Part shown: in pieces, positions 12,201 to 28,700 of the stretch
Numbering within the stretch: the stretch's first letter is position 1
Layout: each line of letters opens with the position of its first letter
Source of the DNA: Eledone cirrhosa
Taxonomy: Eukaryota
DNA length: 64,000 bases
Direction: 5' to 3'
Assembly: GCA_964016885.1 (NCBI GenBank)
Contig: OZ024753.1
Coordinates: 24,242,001-24,306,000 of the forward strand
Notes under the pieces: model-generated
The model's database searches: none
What the model saw: the letters and a program-made list of their open reading frames with translations, nothing else
What the model was told of the DNA's origin: nothing
Position numbers and translations under genes: made by a program

Positions 12201-15200
12201 ACCGTATGTAACAGACAGAGGACTAACACTGTATGTAACAGACAGCAGACTAACACTATATGGAACAGACAGAGGACAAACACCGTATGTAACAGACAGA
12301 GGACTAACATTGTATGTAACAGACAGAGGACTAGCACTGTATGTAACAGACAGGGGACTAACACTGTATGTAACATACAGAGGACTAACACTGTATGTAA
12401 CAGACAGAGGACTAACATTGCATGTAACAGACACAGGGCTAACACTGTATGTAACTGACAGAGGATTGACACTGTATGTAACAGACAGAGGACTAACACT
12501 GTATGTAACAGACAGAGGACTAACACTGTATGTAACAGACAGAGGACTAACACTGTATGTAACAGACAGAGGACTAACACCGTATGTAACAGACAGAGGA
12601 CTAACACTGTATGTAACAGACAGCAGACTAACACTATATGGAACAGACAGAGGACAAACACCGTATGTAACAGACTGAGGACTAACACTGTATGTAAAAG
12701 ACTGAGGACTAACACTGTATGTAACAGACAGAGGACTAACACTGTATGTAACAGACAGAGGACTAACACTGTATGTAACAGACAGAGGACTAACACTGTA
12801 TGTAACAGATAGAGGACTAACACTGTATGTAACTGACAGAGGATTGACACCGTATGTAACAGATAGAGGACTAACACTGTATGTAACAGACAGAGGACTA
12901 ACAATGTATGTAACAGACAGAGGACTAACACTGTATGTAACAGACAGAGGACTGACACTGTATGTAACAGACAGAGGACTAACACTGTATGTAAAAGACT
13001 GAGGACTAACACTGTATGTAAAAGACTGAGGACTAACACTGTATGTAACAGACAGAGGACTAACACTGTATGTAACAGACGGAGGACTAACACTGTATGT
13101 AACAGACAGAGGACTAATAGTGTATGTAACAGACAGAGGACTAACACTGTATGTAACAGATAGAGGACTAACACTGTATGTAACAGACAGATGCTTAACA
13201 CTGTATGTAACAGACAGAGGACTGACACTGTATGTAACAGACAGAGGGTTAACACTGTATGCAACAGACAAAGGATTAACACTGTATGTAACAGACAGAG
13301 GACTAATACTGTATGTAACACACAGAGGACTAACACTGTATGTAACAGACAGAGGACTAATACTGTATGTAACAGACAGAGGACTAACACTGTATGTAAC
13401 AGACAGAGGACTAACACTGTATGTAACAGACAGAGGACTAACACTGTATGTAACAGACAGAGGACTAACACTGTATGTAACAGACATAGGGTTAACACTG
13501 TATGTCATAGACACAGGACTAACACTGTATGTAACAGACAGAGGACTAACACTGTATGTAACAGACAGAGGAATAACACTGTATGTAACAGACAGAGGAC
13601 TAACACTGTATGTAACAGACAGAGGACTAACATTGTATGTAACAGACAGAGGACTAACACTGTATGTAAATGACAGAGGACTAACACTGTATGTAACAGA
13701 CAGAGAACTAAAACTGTATGTAATAGACAGAGGACTCATACTGTATGTAACAGACAGAGGGTTAACACTGTATGTAACAGACAGAGGACTAACCCTGTAT
13801 GTAACAGACAGAAGGCTAACACTGTATGCAACAGACAGAGGACGAACATTGTATGCAACAGACAGAGGACTAATACTGTATGTAACAGACAGAGGACTAA
13901 CACTGTATGTAACAGACAGAGGACTGACACTGTATGTAACAGACAGAGGACTAACACTGTATGTAACAGACAGAGGACTGACACTGTATGTCACAGACAG
14001 AGGACTGACACTGTATGTCACAGACAGAGAACTAACAGTGTATGTAACAGACAGAGGACTTTCACTGTATGTAACAGACAGAGGACTAACTGTGTATGTA
14101 ACAGACAGAGGACTAACACTGTATGTAACAGACAGAGGACTGACACTGTATGTAACAGACAGAGGACTAATACTGTATGTAACAGACAGAGGACTAACAC
14201 TGTATGTAACAGACAGAGGTCTAACACTGTATGTAACAGACAGAGGACTAACACTGTATGTAACAGACATAGGGTTAACACTGTATGTCATAGACACAGG
14301 ACTAACACTGTATGGAACAGACAGTGGACTAACACTGTATGTAACAGACAGAGGAATAACACTGTATGTAACAAACAGGACTAACACTGTATGTAACAGA
14401 CAGAGGACTAACAATGTATTTAATAGACAGAGGGTTAACACTGTATGTAACAGACAGAGGACTAACCCTGTATGTAACAGACAGAAGGCTAACACTGTAT
14501 GCAACAGACAGAGGACGAACACTGTATGCAACAGACAGAGGACTAATACTGTATGTAACAGACGGAGGACTAACACTGTATGTAACAGACAGAGGACTAA
14601 CACTGTATGTAACAGACAGAGGACTGACACTGTATGTAACAGACAGAGGACTAACACTGTATGTAACAGACAGAGGACTAACAGTGTATGTAACAGACAG
14701 AGGACTAACACTGTATGTAACAGACAGAGGACTAACACTGTATGTAAAAGACTGAGGACTAACACTGTATGTAAAAGACTGAGGACTAACACTGTATGTA
14801 ACAGACAGAGGACTAACACTGTATGTAACAGACAGAGGACTAACACTGTATGTAACAGACAGAGGACTAACACTGTATGTAACAGACAGAGGACTAACAC
14901 TGTATGTAACAGATAGAGGACTAACACTGTATGTAACATACAGCAGAGTAACACGATATGTAACAGACAGAGGACAAACACCGTGTGTAACAGACAGAGG
15001 ACTAACACTGTATGAAACAGACAGAGGACTAACACTGTATGTAACAGATAGAGGACTAACACTGTATGTAACAGACTGCAGACTAACACTATATGTAACA
15101 GACAGAAGACAAACACCGTGTGTAACAGACAGAGGACTAACACTGTATGTAACAGACAGAGGACTAACACTGTATGTAACAGACAGAGGACTAACACTGT

Positions 15201-16609
15201 ATGTAGCAGGCAGAGGACTAACACTGTATGTAACAGAAAGAGGACTAACACTGTATGTAACAGACAGAGGACTAACACTGTATGTAACAGATAGAGGACT
15301 AACACTGTATGTAACAGACAGCAGACTAACACTGTATGTAACAGACAGAGGACAAACACCGTATGTAACAGACAGAGGACTAACACTGTATGTAACAGGC
15401 AGAGAACTAACACTGGATGTAACAGACAGAGGACTAACACTGTATGTAACAGACAGAGGACTAACACTGTATGTAACAGACAGATGACTAACAATGTATG
15501 TAACAGGCATAGGACTAACACTGTATGTAACAGATAGAGGACTAACACTGTATGTAACAGACAGCAGACTAACACTATATGTAACAGACAGAGGACAAAC
15601 ACCGTGTGTAACAGACAGAGGAATAACACTGTATGTAACAGACAGAGGACTAACACTGTATGTAACAGACAGAGGACTAACACTGTATGTAACAGACAGA
15701 GGACTAACACTGGATGTAACAGACAGAGGACTAACACTGTATGTAACAGATAGAGGACTAACACTGTATGTAACAGGCGGGGGACTAACACTGTATGTAA
15801 CAGATAGAGGACTAACACTGTATGTAACAGACAGCAGACTAACACTGTATGTAACAGACAGAGGACAAACACCATATGTAACAGACAGAGGACTAACACT
15901 GTATGTAACAGGCAGAGAACGAACACTGTATGTAACAGAAAGAGGACTAACACTGTATGTAACATACAGAGGACTAACACTGTATGTAACAGACAGAGGA
16001 CTAACACTGTATGTAACAGACAGCAGACTAACACTATATGGAACAGACAGAGGACAAACACCGCATGTAACAGACAGAGGACTAACATTGTATGTAACAG
16101 ACAGAGGACTAACACTGTATGTAACAGAGAGGGGACTAGCACTGTATGTAACAGACAGAGGACTAACACTGTATGTAGCAGACAGAGGACTAACACTGTA
16201 TGTAACAGACAGAGGGCTAACACTGTATATAACAGACAGAAGGCTAACACTGTATGTAACAGACAGAGGACTAACACTGTATGTAACAGACAGAGGACTA
16301 ACACTGTATGTAACAGACAGAGGACTAACACTGTATGTAACAGTCAGAGGATTAACATTGTATGTAACAGGCAGAGGACTAACACTGTATGTAACAGACA
16401 GAGGACTAACACTGTATGTAACAGACAGAGGACTGACACTGTATGTAACAGACAGAGGGCTAACACTGTATGTAACAGACAGAGGACTAACACTGTATGT
16501 AACAGACAGAGGACTAACACTGTATGTAACAGACATAGGGTTAACACTGTATGTCATAGACACAGGACTAACACTGTATGTAACAGACAGAGGAATAACA
16601 CTGTATGTA

Positions 16610-19040
16610 ACAGACAGAGGAATAACACTGTATGTAACAAACAGAGGACTAACACTGTATGTAACAGACAGAGGACTAACACTGTATTTAATAGACAGAG
16701 GACTAACACTGTATGTAACAGACAGATGGTTAACACTGTATGCAACAGACAAAGGATTCACACTGTATGTAACAGACAGAGGATAAACACTGTATGTTTC
16801 AGACAGAGGACTAACACTGTAGGAAACAGACAGAGGACGAACACTGTATGTAACAGACAGAGGACTAACATTGTATGTAACAGACAAAGGAGTAACACTG
16901 TATGTAACAGACAGAGGACTAACACTGTATGTAACAGACAGAGGACTAACACTGTATGTAACAGACAGAGGATAACACTGTATGTAACAGACAGAGGGTT
17001 AACACTGTATGTAACAGACAGAAGACTAACACTGTATGTAACAGACAGAGGACTAACACTTTATGTAACAGACAGAGGACTAACACTGTATGTAATAGAC
17101 AGAGGACTAACACTGTATGTAACAGACAGATGGTTAACACTGTATGCTATAGACAAAGGATTAACACTGTTTGTAACAGACAGAGGAGTAACAATGTATG
17201 TAACAGACAGAGGATAAACACTCTATGTAACAGACAGAGGACTAACATTGTATGCAACAGACAGAGGACTAACATTGTATGCAACAGACAGAGGTCTAGC
17301 ACTGTATGTAACAGACAGAGGACTAACACTGTATGTAACAGACAGAGGACTAACACTGTATGTAACAGACAGAGGACTAACACTTTATGTAACAGACAGA
17401 GGACTAACACTGTATGTAACAGACAGAGGACTAACACTGTATGTAACAGACAGAGGACTAAACCTGTATGTAATAGACAGAGGACTAACACTGTATGAAA
17501 CATGCAAAGGATTAACAATGTATATAACAGACAGAGGAGTAACACTGTATGTAACAGACAGAGGATAAACACTGTATGTAACAGACAGAGGACAAACATT
17601 GTATGCAACAGACAGAGGACTAACACTGTATGCAACAGACAGAGGACTAACACTGTATGTAACAGACAGAGCACTAACACTGTATGTAACAGACAGAGGA
17701 TTAACACTGCATGTAACATACAGAGGACTAACACTGTATGTAACAGACAGAGGACTAACACTGTATGTAACAGACAGAGGACTAACACTGTATGTAACAG
17801 ACAGAGGACTAATAATGTATGTAACAGACAGAGGAATAACACTGTATGTAACAAACAGAGGACTAACACTGTATGTAACAGACAGAGGACTAACACTGTA
17901 TTTAATAGACAGAGGACTAACACTGTATGTAACAGACAGATGGTTAACACTGTATGCAACAGACAAAGGATTCACACTGTATGTAACAGACAGAGGATAA
18001 ACACTGTATGTTTCAGACAGAGGACTAACACTGTAGGAAACAGACAGAGGACGAACACTGTATGTAACAGACAGAGGACTAACATTGTATGTAACAGACA
18101 AAGGAGTAACACTGTATGTAACAGACAGAGGACTAACACTGTATGTAACAGACAGAGGACTAACACTGTATGTAACAGACAGAGGATAACACTGTATGTA
18201 ACAGACAGAGGGTTAACACTGTATGTAACAGACAGAAGACTAACACTGTATGTAACAGACAGAGGACTAACACTTTATGTAACAGACAGAGGACTAACAC
18301 TGTATGTAATAGACAGAGGACTAACACTGTATGTAACAGACAGATGGTTAACACTGTATGCTATAGACAAAGGATTAACACTGTTTGTAACAGACAGAGG
18401 AGTAACAATGTATGTAACAGACAGAGGATAAACACTCTATGTAACAGACAGAGGACTAACATTGTATGCAACAGACAGAGGACTAACATTGTATGCAACA
18501 GACAGAGGTCTAGCACTGTATGTAACAGACAGAGGACTAACACTGTATGTAACAGACAGAGGACTAACACTGTATGTAACAGACAGAGGACTAACACTTT
18601 ATGTAACAGACAGAGGACTAACACTGTATGTAACAGACAGAGGACTAACACTGTATGTAACAGACAGAGGACTAAACCTGTATGTAATAGACAGAGGACT
18701 AACACTGTATGAAACATGCAAAGGATTAACAATGTATATAACAGACAGAGGAGTAACACTGTATGTAACAGACAGAGGATAAACACTGTATGTAACAGAC
18801 AGAGGACAAACATTGTATGCAACAGACAGAGGACTAACACTGTATGCAACAGACAGAGGACTAACACTGTATGTAACAGACAGAGCACTAACACTGTATG
18901 TAACAGACAGAGGATTAACACTGCATGTAACATACAGAGGACTAACACTGTATGTAACAGACAGAGGACTAACACTGTATGTAACAGACAGAGGACTAAC
19001 ACTGTATGTAACAGACAGAGGACTAATAATGTATGTAACA
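16610..19040. repeat. Higher-order tandem duplication, 1214-bp unit (45 monomers minus 1 bp)
   Basis: Identical ORF pairs 16758/17972, 16946/18160, 17130/18344 and 17248/18462. Shared deleted monomer GGATAACACT at ~16970 and ~18184. Confidence 0.9.
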
Positions 19041-22000
19041 GACAGAGGACTAACACTGTATGTAACAGATAGAGGACTAACACTGTATGTAATAGACAGA
19101 TGGTTAACACTGTATGCAACAGACAAAGGATTAACACTGTATGTAAGAGACAGAGGAGTAACACTGTATGTAACAGACAGAGGATAAACACTCTATGTAA
19201 CAGACAGAGGACTAACATTGTATGCAACAGACAGAGGACTAACACTGTATGCAACAGACAGAGGACTAACACTGTATGTAGCAGACAGAGGACTAACATT
19301 GTATGTAACAGACAGAGGACTAACACTGTATGTAACAGACAGAGTACTAACACTGTATGTATTAGACAGAGGAGTAACATTGTTTGTAACAGACAGAGGA
19401 TAAACACTGTATGTAAAATACAGAGGACTAACACTGTATGTAACAGACAGTGGACTAAAACTGTATGCAACAGACAGAGGACTAATACTGTATGTAACAG
19501 ACAGAGGACTAACACTATATGTAACAGACAGAGGACTAACACTGTATGTAGCAGACAGAGGACGAACACTGTATGTAACAGACAGAGGACTAACACTGTA
19601 TATAACAGACAGAAGGCTAACACTGTATGTAACAGACATAGGACTAACACTGTATGTAACAGACAGAGGACTAACACTGTATGTAACAGACAGAGGACTA
19701 ACACTGTATGTAATAGACAGAGGACTAACACTGTATGTAACAGACAGATGGTTAACACTGTATGCAATAGACAAAGGATTAACACTGTTTGTAACAGACA
19801 GAGGAGTAACACTGTATGTAACATACAGAGGATAAACACTCTATGTAACAGACAGAGGACTAACATTGTATGCAACAGACAGAGGACTAACATTGTATGC
19901 AACAGACAGAGGACTAGCACTGTATGTAATAGGCAGAGGACTAACACTGTATGTAACAGACAGAGGACTAACACTGTATGTAACAGACAGAGGACTAACA
20001 CTTTATGTAACAAACAGAGGACTAACACTGTATGTAACAGACAGAGGACTAACACTGTATATAACAGACAGAGGACTAACACTGTATGTAACAGACAGAG
20101 GACTAACACTTTATGTAACAGACAGAGGACTAACACTGTATGTAACAGACAGAGGACTAACACTGTATGTAACAGACAGAGGACTAAAACTGTATGTAAT
20201 AGACAGAGGACTAACACCGTATGCAACAGACAAAGGATTAACAATGTATGTAACAGACAGAGGAGTAACAATGTATGTAACAGACAGAGAATAAACACTG
20301 TATGTAACAGACAGAGGACTAACACTGTATGTAACAGACAGAGGACTAACACTGTATGCAACAGACAGAGGACTAACACTGTATGTAACAGACAGAGGAC
20401 TAACACTGTATGTAACAGACAGAGGACTAACACTGTATGTAACAGACAGAGGATTAACACTGCATGTAACATACAGAGAACTAACACTGTATGTAACAGA
20501 CAGAGGACTAACACTGTATGTAACAGACAGAGGACTAACACTGTATGTAACAGACAGAGGACTAATACTGTATGTAACAGACAGAGGACTAACACTGTAT
20601 GTAACAGACAGAGGACTAACACTCTATGTAACAGACAGAGGACTAACACTGTATGTAATAGACAGAAGGCTAACACTGTATGTAACAGACAGAGGACTAA
20701 CACTATATGTAACAGACAGCGGACTAACACTGTATATAACAGACAGAGGACTAACACTGTATGTAACAGACAGAGGACTAACACTGTATGTAACAGACAG
20801 AGGGTTAACACTGTATGTAACAGACAGAGGACTAACAATGTATGCAACAGACAGAGGATTAACACTGTATGTAACAGACAGAGGACTAACACTGTATGTA
20901 ACAGACAGAGGACAAACATTGTATGCAACAGACAGAGGACTAACAATGTATGCAACAGACAGAGGACTAACACTGTATGTAACAGAAAGAGGACTAACAC
21001 TGTATGTAACAGACAGAGGACTAACACTGTATGTAACAGACAGAGGACTAACACTGTATGTAATAGACAGAAGGCTAACACTGTATGTAACAGACAGAGG
21101 ACTAACAATGTATGTAACAGACAGAGGACTAACACTGTATGTAACAGACAGAGGACTAACACTGTATGTAACAGACAGAGGATTAACACTATATGTAACA
21201 GACAGAGGGTTAACACTGTATGTAACAGACAGAAGACTAACACTGTATGTAACAGACAGAGGACTAACACTTTATGTAACAGACAGAGGACTAACACTGT
21301 ATGTAATAGACAGAGGACTAACACTGTATGTAACAGACAGATGGTTAACACTGTATGCTATAGACAAAGGATTAACACTGTTTGTAACAGACAGAGGAGT
21401 AACAATGTATGTAACAGACAGAGGATAAACACTCTATGTAACAGACAGAGGACTAACATTGTATGCAACAGACAGAGGACTAACATTGTATGCAACAGAC
21501 AGAGGTCTAGCACTGTATGTAACAGACAGAGGACTAACACTGTATGTAACAGACAGAGGACTAACACTGTATGTAACAGACAGAGGACTAACACTTTATG
21601 TAACAGACAGAGGACTAACACTGTATGTAACAGACAGAGGACTAACACTGTATGTAACAGACAGAGGACTAAAACTGTATGTAATAGACAGAGGACTAAC
21701 ACTGTATGAAACATGCAAAGGATTAACAATGTATATAACAGACAGAGGAGTAACACTGTATGTAACAGACAGAGGATAAACACCGTATGTAACAGACAGA
21801 GGACAAACATTGTATGCAACAGACAGAGGACTAACACTGTATGCAACAGACAGAGGACTAACACTGTATGTAACAGACAGAGCACTAACACTGTATATAA
21901 CAGACAGAGAATTAACACTGCATGTAACATACAGAGGACTAACACTGTATGTAACAGACAGAGGACTAACACTGTATGTAACAGACAGAGGACTAACACT

Positions 22001-22749
22001 GTATGTAACAGACAGAGGACTAATAATGTATGTAACAGACAGAGGACTAACACTGTATGTAACAGATAGAGGACTAACACTGTATGTAATAGACAGATGG
22101 TTTACACTGTATGCAACAGACAAAGGATTAACACTGTATGTAACAGACAGAGGAGTAACACTGTATGTAACAGACAGAGGATAAACACTCTATGTAACAG
22201 ACAGAGGACTAACATTGTATGCAACAGACAGAGGACTAACACTGTATGCAACAGACAGAGGACTAACACTGTATGTAGCAGACAGAGGACTAACATTGTA
22301 TGTAACAGACAGAGGACTAACACTGTATGTAACAGACAGAGTACTAACACTGTATGTATTAGACAGAGGAGTAACATTGTTTGTAACAGACAGAGGATAA
22401 ACACTGTATGTAAAATACAGAGGACTAACACTGTATGTAACAGACAGAGGACTAACACTGTATATAACAGACAGAAGGCTAACACTGTATGTAACAGACA
22501 GAGGACTAACACTGTATGTAACAGACAGAGGACTAACACTGTATGCAACAGACAGAGGACTAACACTGTATGTAATAGACAGAGGACTAACACTGTATGT
22601 AACAGACAGATGGTTAACACTGTATGCAATAGACAAAGGATTAACACTGTTTGTAACAGACAGAGGAGTAACACTGTATGTAACAGACAGAGGATAAACA
22701 CTCTATGTAACAGGCAGAGGACTAAAACTGTATGTAACAGACAGAGGAA

Positions 22750-25700
22750 TAACACTGTATGTAACAGACAGAGGACTAACACTTTATGTAACAAACAGAG
22801 GACTAACACTGTATGTAACAGACAGAGGACTAACACTGTATATAACAGACAGAGGACTAACACTGTATGTAACAGACAGAGGACTAACACTTTATGTAAC
22901 AGACAGAGGACTAACACTGTATGTAACAGACAGAGGACTAACACTGTATGTAACAGACAGAGGACTAAAACTGTATGTAATAGACAGAGGACTAACACCG
23001 TATGCAACAGACAAAGGATTAACAATGTATGTAACAGACAGAGGAGTAACAATGTATGTAACAGACAGAGAATAAACACTGTATGTAACAGACAGAGGAC
23101 TAACACTGTATGTAACAGACAGAGGACTAACACTGTATGCAACAGACAGAGGACTAACACTGTATGTAACAGACAGAGGACTAACACTGTATGTAACAGA
23201 CAGAGGACTAACACTGTATGTAACAGACAGAGGATTAACACTGCATGTAACATACAGAGAACTAACACTGTATGTAACAGACAGAGGACTAACACTGTAT
23301 GTAACAGACAGAGGACTAACACTGTATGTAACAGACAGAGGACTAATACTGTATGTAACAGACAGAGGACTAACACTGTATGTAACAGACAGAGGACTAA
23401 CACTGTATGTAACAGACAGAGGACTAACACTGTATGTAATAGACAGAAAGCTAACACTGTATGTAACAGACAGAGGACTAACACTATATGTAACAGACAG
23501 CGGACTAACACTGTATATAACAGACAGAGGACTAACACTGTATGTAACAGACAGAGGACTAACACTGTATGTAACAGACAGAGGGTTAACACTGTATGTA
23601 ACAGACAGAGGACTAACAATGTATGTAACAGATAGAGGACTAACACTGTATGTAATAGACAGATGGTTAACACTGTATGCAACAGACAAAGGATTAACAC
23701 TGTATGTAACAGACAGAGGAGTAACACTGTATGTAACAGACAGAGGATAAACACTCTATGTAACAGACAGAGGACTAACATTGTATGCAACAGACAGAGG
23801 ACTAACACTGTATGCAACAGACAGAGGACTAACACTGTATGTAGCAGACAGAGGACTAACATTGTATGTAACAGACAGAGGACTAACACTGTATGTAACA
23901 GACAGAGTACTAACACTGTATGTATTAGACAGAGGAGTAACATTGTTTGTAACAGACAGAGGATAAACACTGTATGTAAAATACAGAGGACTAACACTGT
24001 ATGTAACAGACAGTGGACTAAAACTGTATGCAACAGACAGAGGACTAATACTGTATGTAACAGACAGAGGACTAACACTATATGTAACAGACAGAGGACT
24101 AACACTGTATGTAGCAGACAGAGGACGAACACTGTATGTAACAGACAGAGGACTAACACTGTATATAACAGACAGAAGGCTAACACTGTATGTAACAGAC
24201 AGAGGACTAACACTGTATGTAACAGACAGAGGACTAACACTGTATGTAATAGACAGAGGACTAACACTGTATGTAACAGACAGATGGTTAACACTGTATG
24301 CAATAGACAAAGGATTAACACTGTTTGTAACAGACAGAGGAGTAACACTGTATGTAACAGACAGAGGATAAACACTCTATGTAACAGACAGAGGACTAAC
24401 ATTGTATGCAACAGACAGAGGACTAACATTGTATGCAACAGACAGAGGACTAGCACTGTATGTAACAGGCAGAGGACTAACACTGTATGTAACAGACAGA
24501 GGACTAACACTGTATGTAACAGACAGAGGACTAACACTTTATGTAACAAACAGAGGACTAACACTGTATGTAACAGACAGAGGACTAACACTGTATATAA
24601 CAGACAGAGGAGTAACACTGTATGTAACAGACAGAGGACTAACACTTTATGTAACAGACAGAGGACTAACACTGTATGTAACAGACAGAGGACTAACACT
24701 GTATGTAACAGACAGAGGACTAAAACTGTATGTAATAGACAGAGGACTAACACCGTATGCAACAGACAAAGGATTAACAATGTATGTAACAGACAGAGGA
24801 GTAACAATGTATGTAACAGACAGAGAATAAACACTGTATGTAACAGACAGAGGACTAACACTGTATGTAACAGACAGAGGACTAACACTGTATGCAACAG
24901 ACAGAGGACTAACACTGTATGTAACAGACAGAGGACTAACACTGTATGTAACAGACAGAGGACTAACACTGTATGTAACAGACAGAGGATTAACACTGCA
25001 TGTAACATACAGAGAACTAACACTGTATGTAACAGACAGAGGACTAACACTGTATGTAACAGACAGAGGACTAACACTGTATGTAACAGACAGAGGACTA
25101 ATACTGTATGTAACAGACAGAGGACTAACACTGTATGTAACAGACAGAGGACTAACACTGTATGTAACAGACAGAGGACTAACACTGTATGTAATAGACA
25201 GAAGGCTAACACTGTATGTAACAGACAGAGGACTAACACTATATGTAACAGACAGCGGACTAACACTGTATATAACAGACAGAGGACTAACACTGTATGT
25301 AACAGACAGAGGACTAACACTGTATGTAACAGACAGAGGACAAACATTGTATGCAACAGACAGAGGACTAACAATGTATGCAACAGACAGAGGACTAACA
25401 CTGTATGTAACAGACAGAGGACTAACACTGTATGTAACAGACAGAGGACTAACACTGTATGTAACAGACAGAGGACTAACACTGTATGTAATAGACAGAA
25501 GGCTAACACTGTATGTAACAGACAGAGGACTAACAATGTATGTAACAGACAGAGGACTAACACTGTATGTAACAGACAGAGGACTAACACTGTATGTAAC
25601 AGACAGAGGATTAACACTGTATGTAACAAACAGAGGGTTAACACTGTATGTAACAGACAGAAGACTAACACTGTATGTAACAGACAGAGGACTAACACTT

Positions 25701-28700
25701 TATGTAACAGACAGAGGACTAACACTGTATGTAATAGACAGAGGACTAACACTGTATGTAACAGACAGATGGTTAACACTGTATGCTATAGACAAAGGAT
25801 TAACACTGTTTGTAACAGACAGAGGAGTAACAATGTATGTAACAGACAGAGGATAAACACTCTATGTAACAGACAGAGGACTAACATTGTATGCAACAGA
25901 CAGAGGACTAACATTGTATGCAACAGACAGAGGTCTAGCACTGTATGTAACAGACAGAGGACTAACACTGTATGTAACAGACAGAGGACTAACACTGTAT
26001 GTAACAGACAGAGGACTAACACTTTATGTAACAGACAGAGGACTAACACTGTATGTAACAGACAGAGGACTAACACTGTATGTAACAGACAGAGGACTAA
26101 AACTGTATGTAATAGACAGAGGACTAACACTGTATGAAACATGCAAAGGATTAACAATGTATATAACAGACAGAGGAGTAACACTGTATGTAACAGACAG
26201 AGGATAAACACTGTATGTAACAGACAGAGGACAAACAGTGTATGCAACAGACAGAGGACTAACACTGTATGCAACAGACAGAGGACTAACACTGTATGTA
26301 ACAGACAGAGCACTAACACTGTATGTAACAGACAGAGGATTAACACTGCATGTAACATACAGAGGACTAACACTGTATGTAACAGACAGAGGACTAACAC
26401 TGTATGTAACAGACAGAGGACTAACACTGTATGTAACAGACAGAGGACTAATAATGTATGTAACAGACAGAGGACTAACACTGTATGTAACAGATAGAGG
26501 ACTAACACTGTATGTAATAGACAGATGGTTAACACTGTATGCAACAGACAAAGGATTAACACTGTATGTAACAGACAGAGGAGTAACACTGTATGTAACA
26601 GACAGAGGATAAACACTCTATGTAACAGACAGAGGACTAACATTGTATGCAACAGACAGAGGACTAACACTGTATGCAACAGACAGAGGACTAACACTGT
26701 ATGTAGCAGACAGAGGACTAACATTGTATGTAACAGACAGAGGACTAACACTGTATGTAACAGACAGAGTACTAACACTGTATGTATTAGACAGAGGAGT
26801 AACATTGTTTGTAACAGACAGAGGATAAACACTGTATGTAAAATACAGAGGACTAACACTGTATGTAACAGACAGTGGACTAAAACTGTATGCAACAGAC
26901 AGAGGACTAATACTGTATGTAACAGACAGAGGACTAACACTATATGTAACAGACAGAGGACTAACACTGTATGTAGCAGACAGAGGACGAACACTGTATG
27001 TAACAGACAGAGGACTAACACTGTATATAACAGACAGAAGGCTAACACTGTATGTAACAGACAGAGGACTAACACTGTATGTAACAGACAGAGGACTAAC
27101 ACTGTATGTAACAGACAGAGGACTAACACTGTATGTAATAGACAGAGGACTAACACTGTATGTAACAGACAGATGGTTAACACTGTATGCAATAGACAAA
27201 GGATTAACACTGTTTGTAACAGACAGAGGAGTAACACTGTATGTAACAGACAGAGGATAAACACTCTATGTAACAGACAGAGGACTAACATTGTATGCAA
27301 CAGACAGAGGACTAACATTGTATGCAACAGACAGAGGACTAGCACTGTATGTAACAGGCAGAGGACTAACACTGTATGTAACAGACAGAGGACTAACACT
27401 GTATGTAACAGACAGAGGACTAACACTTTATGTAACAAACAGAGGACTAACACTGTATGTAACAGACAGAGGACTAACACTGTATATAACAGACAGAGGA
27501 CTAACACTGTAAGTAACAGACAGAGGACTAACACTGTATGCAACAGACAGAGGACTAACACTGTATGTAACAGACAGAGGACTAACACTGTATGTAACAG
27601 ACAGAGGACTAACACTGTATGTAACAGACAGAGGATTAACACTGCATGTAACATACAGAGAACTAACACTGTATGTAACAGACAGAGGACTAACACTGTA
27701 TGTAACAGACAGAGGACTAACACTGTATGTAACAGACAGAGGACTAATACTGTATGTAACAGACAGAGGACTAACACTGTATGTAACAGACAGAGGACTA
27801 ACACTGTATGTAACAGACAGAGGACTAACACTGTATGTAATAGACAGAAGGCTAACACTGTATGTAACAGACAGAGGACTAACACTATATGTAACAGACA
27901 GCGGACTAACACTGTATATAACAGACAGAGGACTAACACTGTATGTAACAGACAGAGGACTAACACTGTATGTAACAGACAGAGGGTTAACACTGTATGT
28001 AACAGACAGAGGACTAACAATGTATGCAACAGACAGAGGATTAACACTGTATGTAACAGACAGAGGACTAACACTGTATGTAACAGACAGAGGACAAACA
28101 TTGTATGCAACAGACAGAGGACTAACAATGTATGCAACAGACAGAGGACTAACACTGTATGTAACAGACAGAGGACTAACACTGTATGTAACAGACAGAG
28201 GACTAACACTGTATGTAACAGACAGAGGACTAACACTGTATGTAATAGACAGAAGGCTAACACTGTATGTAACAGACAGAGGACTAACAATGTATGTAAC
28301 AGACAGAGGACTAACACTGTATGTAACAGACAGAGGACTAACACTGTATGTAACAGACAGAGGATTAACATTGTATGTAACAGACAGAGGACTAACACTG
28401 TATGTAACAGACAGAGGACTAACACTGTATGTAACAGACAGAGGACAAACATTGTATGCAACAGACAGAGGACTAACAATGTATGCAACAGACAGAGGAC
28501 TAACACTGTATGTAACAGACAGAGGACTAACACTCTATGTAACAGACAGAGGACTAACATTGTATGTAACAGACAGAGGACTAACACTGTATGTAATAGA
28601 CACAAGGCTATCACTGTATGTAACAGACAGAGGACTAACACAGTATGTAACAGACAGAGGACTAACACTGTATGTAACAGACAGAGGACTAACACTGTAT